Both the position numbers and the translations under genes were made by a program. The notes below the pieces were generated by a model, which was not told where the DNA came from, did not search any database, and saw nothing but the letters and a program-made list of their open reading frames with translations. A stretch of 64,000 nucleotides of DNA from Selaginella moellendorffii (Eukaryota; Plantae; Lycopodiophyta). This document shows, in pieces, positions 51,784-64,000 of the stretch; position 1 is the stretch's first letter; every line of letters begins with the position of its first letter. The stretch is taken from positions 1,556,457-1,620,456 of the forward strand of contig NW_003314293.1 in NCBI RefSeq assembly GCF_000143415.4, read 5' to 3'.

Positions 51784-52205
51784 TATTTTTGGTTTGCTTA
51801 AGCAAATTTGTAGGAGTGGATATATTTAAAATATACTTGGATATTTTAGGATATTCTACCATCTAACAGTTGTTATTCATTTAGATTAATCTTGTATTTA
51901 TAATTTATAAACTTTCTTAAACCCTTTCTAGTATATTCTTTTTAATCTATCATCTAATGGTTGATATGCAATAAGATTAATCTTGTGTTTATAAATTACA
52001 AATATACTTATAATAATTAGATGGTAGAATAAACAAGAATATACTAGAAAGTGTTTAAGGAAGTTTGTAAATTATAAATACAATATTAATCTAAGCTTGA
52101 ATTAATTTAATGTTTACTAAATGAATAACAATCGTTAGATGGTAGAATATTCTAGAATATCTAAATATATTCTAGGTATAAGTTTGCTTAAGCAAACCAA
52201 AAATA
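51784..52205. mobile_element. MITE copy B (foldback, long palindromic arms)
   Basis: TATTTTTGGTTTGCTTAAGCAAA ... TTTGCTTAAGCAAACCAAAAATA; arms complementary over about 170 bp; terminal TA may be a TSD. Confidence 0.85.
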
Positions 52206-53691
52206 GGTTTTGAGCGTTACTAACAATCATGGATAGATGGAACACAAAGCAGGGTGGAGCAGAAGGGTGGTATACCATCTTCTGGCCTTCAAAGCAATTT
52301 GTGTGGTTAATAAAGCATCATGATACTCCCATGCCCATCTTTGTACTGTTTATAATGCAAGTCATCTTTTTTATTATTTTAAAATCTTTGTAGTTAAATA
52401 GAATATATCAAAATCTAGGACAAGTGAAGCTAGCTGGAAGAAGTCCCAAGAATGTTATGTTTCTATACTTTTAAATTTCAAATTAGTAAGAACTGGGTAC
52501 AACTGATTTTAAAAATGAATAAATATAGATTACTTTTTTCCTCACATCAAAGCAAGCCTGCTCTTTCTTGTGCTTTTTTTCAGCGCACGAACTTGTGTCA
52601 AAAGCCTACTAAAGGAAATCATAAAGCTTTTGATTCCAACTAATCTGCTCGGGCTGGACCCCATCCAAGGAATAACTTTGCGTGAACTTGAAAAACTTTA
52701 CCATTGCTGATTATCAACATTTATCTGAAAACATTTAAACTTAAAGAATAATCAAGGTTTAATACTAATTTTCTTACTTAGATTGGTTCTCCGCTCTAGC
52801 TAGGTGAAGAAAACTCAAACAAAAGAGAAAGAATCAAACATGGTTGTAGCTTCTAGAGCATGATAGAAATGTGAAAACCAACACCCCACAAGCACGTGTA
52901 TATCAACTGTTATCAGTTCTTGCAGTGAATCACAAGCTAAGTAAATCCTTGAAAACCATCACATTGGGAGGTGTAGACACGTGGAGATGAACAGAGAGAT
53001 CCTTGCGCATGGAGACACCCCAGACACAAAGTACTGCAACATGATTAGCAGGAAGAAACGAGATCCACCTCAATAGAATGACAATGGACATGCAGCGTCC
53101 AAATCATGATAGTCATGTGATTCTGGTGAAGAGAGCGTCAAGGCCAGAGCTGATATTTCCCAGGATCCCATTAGCATCACGTTATGCAACTTCTCACATG
53201 CCTTGTTAAGAACAGAAAAAGTTTAAGAGATAACTAGCCTCAAAGAGTGCAACTGGATGCTTGCTCGAGTCCTACTCCCTCCATACAGTTCCAAAGAGTA
53301 AAACATTCAGTTTTGGGGCGTGAGCTCAAACATCTCATCTGGAGCATCATATTAGATTAGTAACTTTGGAGCACGACCTTAGCTCCTGCTAAGATGCATT
53401 TTAAACACCTTCTCTTCATGGATCATATTAAACATAAACAATAATAGCGCAGCAAATTATTTACAGATTATCCCTTTATTTTGTGTGGTAAAGTAAATGC
53501 CTTTGTGGAGATCATCCCTTGTTTGCGTTCTCCTCCTTTCAAGCACGGAAAATATAAAAGAGCGGTGGTTTGTGGTGCCCCAGCATGCTTGTGGGACAAC
53601 TACGTGCTATTGTTTTTGCGTAAAGTTTTTAAAACCATAAGAGCGTTGTTGTTCTTTTGCTTTGAAAAAATAATACGTCGAACTATAAACC

Positions 53692-54964
53692 TCAAGCCGG
53701 AGTAAAATGGTTGAGCTTCAAGCTTTCCACGCACTCTTTAAGGTTGTGTTCCAGGCTGTGGAAGCGAAGGCCTAGCTCCTCTTGCAGTTTCCTGGTGGAG
53801 ATGGCATATGGAGTGGCCTTGGGAGATCCATTGTCTTCACATCTGCTCACAAGATCAAAGCGTGATCATCTGGATCAATCTGCGACTTATAACTTACTCT
53901 GTTGGGATTGGATACTCTGGATAGAGCTTGCGCAGCGTTTCGACCACGTCTTCGTAGTGAGCAACCCTCTCCACGCACAAGTACCTCCCGGAAGCATTTG
54001 GATTCTCGTAAGCTAGCAAGTGAGCCTCAGCAACATCTCCAACTCCCACCCATCCCAAACAAGCATTTGAGTAGTGTGTTTTGCTACCTGATCGAAGTCA
54101 TGATCTTGAAACCACAAACACTAGAAAAAACACTTTTACCATTGATGAGTTTAAGGATAATCTCGCAGCTGGTGTTCAAAGTAGGCTGCAGGAGCGGTCC
54201 AATTACCATGGCAGGATTTATAGTCACCAGGTTAAGTCCTTTCTCTTTGGCAAACTTCCACGCTTCTTGCTCAGCTAGTGTCTTCGAAAGAATGTACCAG
54301 GCCTGCAGAAGGAAAGCAAATGGAGAATTGTCCAGGAGAGGCCTTTCTTACCTTCATTTCTCTGCAATAGTCGGGGTCGCTAAAGCAAGACTCATCGACG
54401 ACCGTGTCGGGCGTTCTCTTGGGATTATACGCCACTGCCGCAGTGGACGACGTGACAACCACTTTGGCGACCGAGGGGCTCCGAGAACACGCCTCGAGAA
54501 CATTGAGAGTTCCTTGTACTGCTGGCTGGATGAGCTGACGCTGCGATCATTATACAACACACAAAAGGAGTGAGAAGGAGCCAGAATTCTTTGAAAACTT
54601 TCTCAAAACTTACTTCCGGGTCAGTCACGCCTGCCAAGAAGAAAGGAGAGGCTGTGTGGAAAACACCCTGGCAGTCTTTTACCACGTCATTGAATGCGCC
54701 GTCCTTGAGAAGATCGGCCTCGACGAGCTCCAATCTCTCCTCCGCGCCAGGCAGGCCTCGCAAATGCGATGTTCTGCTCGGATCGGCTGGAAACAATCGA
54801 TCAAAATCTCACTCCTATCCTATCTCTGGCTAGATTTCGCTCTTACTCAAGCTCCGCACGGTGCCGCGCACCTTGTAGCCGCGATCCAGCAGCAGCTTCA
54901 CCAAGAACGATGCGATGAATCCCGACGCGCCGGTCACGCACACCAGCGCCTTGCCCTTGTCCAT
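53692..54964 (-). CDS. Cinnamoyl-CoA reductase/DFR-like NAD(P)-dependent reductase (extended SDR), multi-exon
   Basis: [57 protein letters not shown] (YxxxK), [12 protein letters not shown]. Confidence 0.92.
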
Positions 54965-55057
54965 CGCCGCTCGACTCCCTGTTCTAGGGCATTCACTCGC
55001 TTTTCAAAAGCTCGTAGTCGCGAAAAATATATTCATTAATCATGCTTTGGCACCAAT

Positions 55058-55129
55058 GTCGGTGGAGTCTAGTGGTGAGTATCTCCGCCTGTCACGCGGA
55101 GGACCCGGGTTCGATCCTCGGTGTAGTGG
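55058..55129 (+). pseudogene. tRNA-Asp(GTC)-derived pseudogene
   Basis: TAGTGGTGAGTA (A box), CTCCGC-CTGTCAC-GCGGAG anticodon arm and GGTTCGATCC B box are present. The 3' acceptor strand (TGTAGTG) does not pair with the 5' GTCGGTG. Confidence 0.75.
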
Positions 55130-55145
55130 AAAATTGCTCCTGTTT

Positions 55146-55187
55146 TGGCGGAGTATCTCCGCGGAGGACCCGGGTTCGATCCTCGGT
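55146..55187 (+). pseudogene. Second partial tRNA-Asp copy lacking the anticodon loop
   Basis: GAGTATCTCCGCGGAGGACCCGGGTTCGATCCTCGGT is identical to copy 1 except for a 9-nt deletion removing the anticodon loop. Confidence 0.8.
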
Positions 55188-56321
55188 CAAGTGAAAAGTT
55201 TTTGTTAATAGATGAATGGATCTCATCCTCTGGATTGCTGCGGACCACCAAACAAAGAATTGACAAGGAGCCAGCGGTCGCAACTGCAAACAAAGCCTCT
55301 TCCACTGGAATATAGAAACATGCCCAACCGCGGACAAAGGCTTTTCCACGGGAATAAAAGCTGCGCATTGGAACAAGTAGCGGCGAAGATGATAGAAAAC
55401 TTACCAGAATTTTGCAAGCTGGCAATTGCTTCCAAAAGAACCGCTTAACTTAAATCGCCCAAAAGAGAGCTCTCTCTTGCTTTTGCGTTTCCTCCTAAGA
55501 AAACGAAAGGTTGAAAGCTTTCCAAGGGTCAAAGTTTCGCACCAAGCAATATAGATATCGAAGGTACCTGCGATTCCTTTCTTATGCTTTAAAAGTCGTG
55601 CGCGCTAACTCTTGCGAAGGAAGGAATCAGTTCCGCAGCAGCAATCCGACAAGTCGCTTGGAAGTCATGAGGTGCGCCAACTGATTGAGCTGGTCCGCGG
55701 GCCAAGGAAGTAATCGTCCAAGCCGATCCTGACGCAAAGGCCAAGACTGTAGATGGCGATGACGATTGCTCGCCAGCAACGCCTACAGGAAGAATGGGAG
55801 TTACTTTGAAGGAAAACAAGGAGAAATGACGAAGGAAAGACTTATCTTGACAACGAAACCAAAGGTACCTCTGCTTCTCAAAAAATTCTCTTTCTGGAAG
55901 CGGGAAAATTAGCTAGAACGGGAGAAAAGGAAGGCTGCCACACTTACAACACTTCGTTGTATAGTCATGTACATGAGAAAGGTGGGTCATGCCATCAGGC
56001 TCTTCATCTTCACTGCAAGAGGAAAAGATGAGAAAAAGAAAAAAAAAAAGAAAACGTAAGGTTTTGAGCAAGGGGAAAATAAAAAAGAAAGTAGACAAGG
56101 GGTTTTGGTGACGGCTGTTCCGAGTCACTCACTTGTTTGCCTGCATTTGCTTGTCACATGAAAATCCGCCATATAGTATCCATTTTTCCAAGGAGCCACT
56201 CGAAAGGGGCCAATATCGATGTTTTCTCTCTTCTTCGAGCGATGAATTCAACCTCCTCTGTCCCTCTTCGTCCTCTCCAGTTGCATCACCTATAGTGCTG
56301 CAGAAATCAAAAGTATCAGTC

Positions 56322-58463
56322 ATGCAACACCCGGCTCTTGCAGCTCTTTTCATTCTCGCAAATGTCGCTTACCAGGGAGTGCATTCGCTCGAGATGCAAC
56401 GAGTTGTTCTCCAGATCAACACCACCTCTCCAGTGGCTCGAATCAGTGAGAACTTCATCTGTGCGACGCTCGACTGGTGGCCACCCGAGAAGTGCGACTA
56501 TGGATACTGCAGCTGGGGGCGAGCCTCGCTTCTCAATCTGGTAAGCACAGAAAACAGAGCACTCGCTCAATGCACAGAAAAAAGCTAGATTGAAAATCGA
56601 CTTGCCTTTTTCTGTCTCCGTCCAGGATCTCTGGAATCCAAGGCTGGTTAACGCTGTCAAAGGTGTGAGCTTTTTCCACTGGAGATGCTGAATTCGATGC
56701 TTGACACTCGTTTTTCCAGGATTGTCTCCGTTACTGCTGAGACTGGGAGGATCACTCCAAGACCAGATTATTTACGAGGTTGGTGTCAGGCCGGGGCCAT
56801 GCTTACCGCTTCAAAAGCAGCCTTCAGCCATGTTTGGATTCACAGGCGGATGTCTCAACATGTCCCGATGGACGGAGCTAAATTCCTTTTTCGAAAAGAC
56901 AGGGTGAGTTGTGATTGCAGAAAAAGTGAAAGCGAAGTTACCTGTGACTGAGATCTGCGGAAATCCTCATCTCGTCTTCACAGGGCTCTGGTGGCTTTCG
57001 GTCTGAATGCCCTCTACGGAAGGACCAAGTTCGAAGACAACGGTTTCAAAGGATCATGGAAGTCCTCCAATGCCAGGGACTTGATGAAATTCTCTCTGGA
57101 CCATGGCTTTCCAATCGTAGCTTGGGAACTCGGTAAGTGATAGCATCTGCTGCTTTCTCTGTGCGAAGCATGCTGACTCCTCGGAGCTTCAGGAAACGAG
57201 CTAAGTGGAAGCGGGGTCGGAACCAGCATTAGTGCCAAGCAGTACGCGGCCGACATCAAAGAGCTTCGTTCAGTCGTCGATCAAGTGTATGCGAGATCCA
57301 CCATCAAGCCTCAAGTGGTAGCACCGGATGGTTTCTGGGATTACGGCTGGTTCCATGACTTTCTCCAAAGCACAGGGCCCAACGTCGTCAACGCCTGCTC
57401 CCATCACATCTACAACCTCGGACCTGGTAATCAGAGCATCACGCATCAGAGACGAGAAAAAAAAGAGAAGTACAGAAACACTAAAACGGGATTAAAACAT
57501 GTTTCTTGCGCCTGTAGGAGTTGACACACACCTCATCGAGAAGATAGTCAGCCCGAGTTACCTTAGTCAAGAAGCAGGGACCTTTGAGGGAGTGGAGAAG
57601 CTGATGAAAGCGTATGGAACCGAGGCCTGGGTTGGAGAAGCCGGAGGAGCATACAACAGTGGTCACCACAACGTTACCGACAGATATGTCTTCAGCTTCT
57701 GGTAAGAAAAGAAGATATTGGAAACCGTTAGAACACTATCTAATACTTGCGAGCTTACAGGTACCTCGACGAGCTGGGGATGTCTGCATACTACAATACC
57801 GCAGTGTACTGCAGGCAGTCCCTGATAGGAGGCAACTACGGCCTTGTTGATCGCACATCATACGATTTGAATCCCGACTACTTCTCGTAAGTCTGTCGCG
57901 TATTTCCCGCTTTCTAACACGTTCCTTTCGTCGCATTCAGGGCACTGCTTTGGAAGAAGCTAATGGGCCGGAACGTTTTCTCTGCAACTGCAGAAAACAC
58001 ACCGTACCTACGAACGTACGCACACTGCCTAAAAAGCAACCAGGTATACCAACTAAACTCCAGCAAAAACTTACACTTAGAAAGCCAACCTCTGATGTTT
58101 GTTTTCGAGCAGGGAGGATTGACAGTGTTGATAATAAATCTCAGCAACTCAACGCAGTACTCGGTCGACTTAAGCCTCACTCACAGTGAGAAGGACTGCT
58201 CCTGTAATAAACCAAGAACGAAGAAGTTAGCCGGAGCTGGAGTAAACGCTGAGAGGATGGAATACCACTTGACAGCTCCAAACGGAGACTTGCAAAGCCC
58301 AGTAATGCTGCTGAACGGGAAGCCACTCGTAGCAGGAGCCGATGGCAGCATACCGGAGTTAACTCCGGTGACAAGAACAAGTTCCTCGCCGGTTCTGGTC
58401 GATCCATACTCGATTGTCTTCGCGGTAATCCCAGAAGCAGGTGTCCAATCGTGCACACAATAG
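56322..58463 (+). CDS. Heparanase-like protein / glycoside hydrolase family 79 (copy 2)
   Basis: Signal peptide, FICATLDWWPPEKCDYG, LRLGGSLQD, WELGNE, AWVGEAGGAYNSG, CRQSLIGGNYGL; intron positions match copy 1. Confidence 0.95.
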
Positions 58464-58827
58464 TCACCGTCGGGGCCTGCAACAGAGAGATCACATCAAT
58501 AGATACCGTCCAAACATGAAAACAACACAGCCAAAGACAAACGAGAAAAAAAAAAAAGAAAAAACAAGAGTGAAAGAGAAACAAAAACTTCCATTGAAAA
58601 GAGAGAAAAATGCGAGACAACTAAGAAAAAGTTTTCTGTGATCCTAAGGATGATGGAAAATGCAAGAGTCTTCAGCAGCAGCAGTAGCAGCTCTCTACCA
58701 ACGTTGCTTATAGTATTTTTACAACCCTGCTATGTAACTTGAAAATTCAAACACAGTCCGTGGACTTCGCCTAAGCAAGGCTCACCAGATCTCAATTCCA
58801 ATCATAAAAATCTCATCTTATCTTCGC

Positions 58828-60183
<1,356 letters not shown>

Positions 60184-60995
60184 GATTCCCTGCACAGAAA
60201 AGCGGGCCTCAGGCTAGGGTAAAAATTCCCAATCCCAAATCCCTAGCATGGATGCAAAGATCTGGATTCTAGATCTCGGCCAGAGCTAGATCCTACCTCT
60301 TAGAGCAAAGAAAGAGCGGATTCCAGCAAGATCCGAGATGCCGCAGCCAAGGCGCCGATGATAGCCGCCTTGCGCCTTGTCCACGCAAGGAAAGAAAACG
60401 AGAGAGCGGCCGAATAAACCCTAGCCAGTCGAGACACGTTCTACAAATTTCACCACGTTGGGCAGCACACACGGCGTGATCGCCGGTTCGAGTACAGTCC
60501 CCGCCACAAAATGCCAGCCCTCGGATGCAACCGGATATTCCAAACCACCGGCTGCAATCATGGCGCCCACGGCCGTTCGATGCAGGCAGAAGAAACGATC
60601 GCGGCCGCTCGTTCCAATCCCCGCGCGCGGGAGAAAGGCCATTGAATCTGGCGCTGTCAATGGGCCAGGTGGCAGCTGGCGGGTTGTGGACGGTGGTGGC
60701 CAGCGCGGACAAAAAGGAGCATATGCTTTCCATGCTAGCAAAAGAAAGAAAAAGAGGGAAATGGACGAATTATAGGGACCACCACATGGACTCTGCCTAT
60801 AGTTCTTTTAAAAGATAGAGCCATTTGCGAGGTTCTTGTGAGATTTTGATGATACCTTACATACACCTTGGATTACAACGTTATGATATATCTACAAACC
60901 TTAAGCCACCACCACATTATTATTATTTCCTGTAGCGCGGTAGCCATCGATGCATGGAGAACGACCGGAACAAAATTCTCCATTTTCTCGGCAGC

Positions 60996-62308
60996 TCAAG
61001 CGGCAACTGCCACCGGCTTTTTGCTTGTTTTGATGCCTTTGATCGCTGCCAAGCAAGAAAAAAAAAAAAAAAATCGTGAGCAAAGTACGATGATGTTTCG
61101 AAAGTTTTGGCTACCTTCTGAGTAGCTCTTGGCACCAAAAACTGCTGATCCTGCTACAACGGCATTCGCACCAGCTTCAATCACCTGCGAAGTTCACAGA
61201 TTGTAAGCCAATCGATCCAAAAGCTAAAAAACAAAAAAAAAAAACAGACCTTGTAAGCATTTGAGGGAGTTACTCCACCATCAACCTCGATCCACGGGTT
61301 TACTCCCTGCAAGTGTTCATAAGTCTCGGCGATCACAATCCAAGTTACAAACCTTCTCAGCGCACAACCTCTTCAAGTCAGAGATCTTCTTTACTTGGCT
61401 CTCGATGAAGCTCTGTCCTCCAAAACCGGGATTTACTGACATGATCAGCACCAAGTCCACAACTGCAATCGGAAAAAGATTTCTTTTCAGCGACAAGCAG
61501 CTCTATAATACAAGACAAAACGCTCACCTTCAAGCACGTACTCGATGGCTCCCAATGGCGTGGCCGGGTTTAAAACAACACCAGCTTTACAGCCGAGATC
61601 TTTAATCTGGACACGAGAAGAAACCATTAAAAACTCATAGGATACTCCGCAACATACTTGATTGATGGTACGATGTAAATGGATAGTGGAAGCATTCTCA
61701 CAGTGGACACTGATGATATCAGCACCCGCTTTCGCGAAATCGGGAACTCTTTGCTCGGGCTCCACGATCATCTGAAAAGAAAGTAAGAACTTCAAGCATG
61801 CCACAAACTCATAAATGAAAAGCCACGAACCAAGTGCACGTCGAGAGGAAGATCAGTGACAGGTCTCAAGGAATCCACAACCAGAGGGCCGATTGTTATG
61901 TTTGGAACAAACCTTCCATCCATGACATCTACATGGATCCAATCACATCCTGCTGCTTCCACTGCTTTAACCTGGAGCGCTAGGCTTTTAAAAACTTCTA
62001 CTTTAGAAGAAAAAAACAAACATATTTTACCTGTTCTCCCAGCTTCGAGAAATTCGCAGAAAGGATCGATGGTGAGACAATCACATCCTTCTTTGAGAAT
62101 TTGTCCACCCGTGAGGATGCATTGACTTGTAAGCTGAATCCTCTCCCCTGGCTGAGGAAAATCCATGAAATTTGCCGACTGTATACAGAGACTCATACCT
62201 CGTCGATGATTTCGCAGTTGAAATCCGACCGCAATCCTGATTGCGCCCCCAGAACGAGCTCTGCGAGCTCGAAGGAGACGCCACAGCGAGCGCGGCATTG
62301 TGCGCCAT
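60996..62308 (-). CDS. RPE: Ribulose-phosphate 3-epimerase, plastid type, multi-exon
   Basis: Ser-rich transit peptide, [62 protein letters not shown]. An alternative ATG lies at 62323. Confidence 0.95.
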
Positions 62309-63511
<1,203 letters not shown>

Positions 63512-63670
63512 AAGGTTCCTTCGAGCTTATTGAGAATCACTCAAGTTTTTCAAAGTTTGCGATCTCTATTAGAGCTTTATGGAAGAACTGTTGGAAGTTT
63601 AAGATCGTCTACAAAGTTTTAGTGTAAGAATCTAAAGTGTTAAAGATTGCAAAAACCATTCATATCTATT

Positions 63671-64000
63671 TCATTGAGAACTTATCCAACATTGCGAGTT
63701 CTCAGTCTTAGAAGAGTCTAGAAGAGCTCTCTCCAAGTCGTGGACTCTCCTCTCAAGCTTGGCGATGGTGGCGTTTTGCCACTGGATCCCTTCCAGGCAC
63801 TTGGCCACCATCGCCTTGAGCTGCGCATTGTCCTCCATGAGCTTCTTCACCACGTCCACGTCCATGCTTGTTTGCCCGGAGATTTGATCTTGCTCGACCG
63901 CTTCACTCGACACTGGAACTTCCTGGTTATCAATCTTCTCGGGGCTGTGAAGATCTTCCTCCTCCGAGATCGTGCTCTCCGGCTCGGTGTCCATCGAGTC
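63671..64000 (-). CDS. 3' end of an uncharacterised coiled-coil protein (continues beyond window)
   Basis: Open frame to the window edge; acidic stretch then LMEDNAQLKAMV..QNATIAKLERRVHDLE heptads. Confidence 0.6.
   Translation of the reverse strand, partial: DSMDTEPESTISEEEDLHSPEKIDNQEVPVSSEAVEQDQISGQTSMDVDVVKKLMEDNAQLKAMVAKCLEGIQWQNATIAKLERRVHDLERALLDSSKTENSQCWISSQ

Overview
Eukaryotic land-plant nuclear DNA. The very compact genes with mostly 50-110 bp introns, together with microbial-type terpene synthase-like (MTPSL) remnants, point to the lycophyte Selaginella (inference). Layout: (1) 1-12.2 kb is a transposon zone with a young LTR retroelement (LTRs about 98% identical, tRNA-Met PBS, minisatellite inside the LTR, no intact gag/pol) and LTR remnants. 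(2) 12.2-17.2 kb holds DCN1-like, Sfp/AASDHPPT-type phosphopantetheinyl transferase and PP2A catalytic subunit genes. (3) 17.5-30.1 kb is a TE island bracketed by two paralogous repeats. It contains a Ty3/gypsy RNaseH-integrase fragment, a G-U-rich multi-hairpin element, tandem 5S-rRNA-derived cassettes (Cassandra-like) and LTR debris. (4) 30.3-64 kb is gene-dense: CDPK, TM9SF/EMP70, SEC8, two GH79 heparanase-like genes, two MTPSL pseudogenes, GCP6, an F-box remnant, an intronless GT92-like gene, a MITE pair, a CCR-like reductase, a tRNA-Asp-derived pseudogene doublet, actin, plastid RPE, PCNA and a truncated coiled-coil gene. Gene spans run start codon to stop codon and include introns. All family assignments come from remembered motifs and hand alignment, not database searches.
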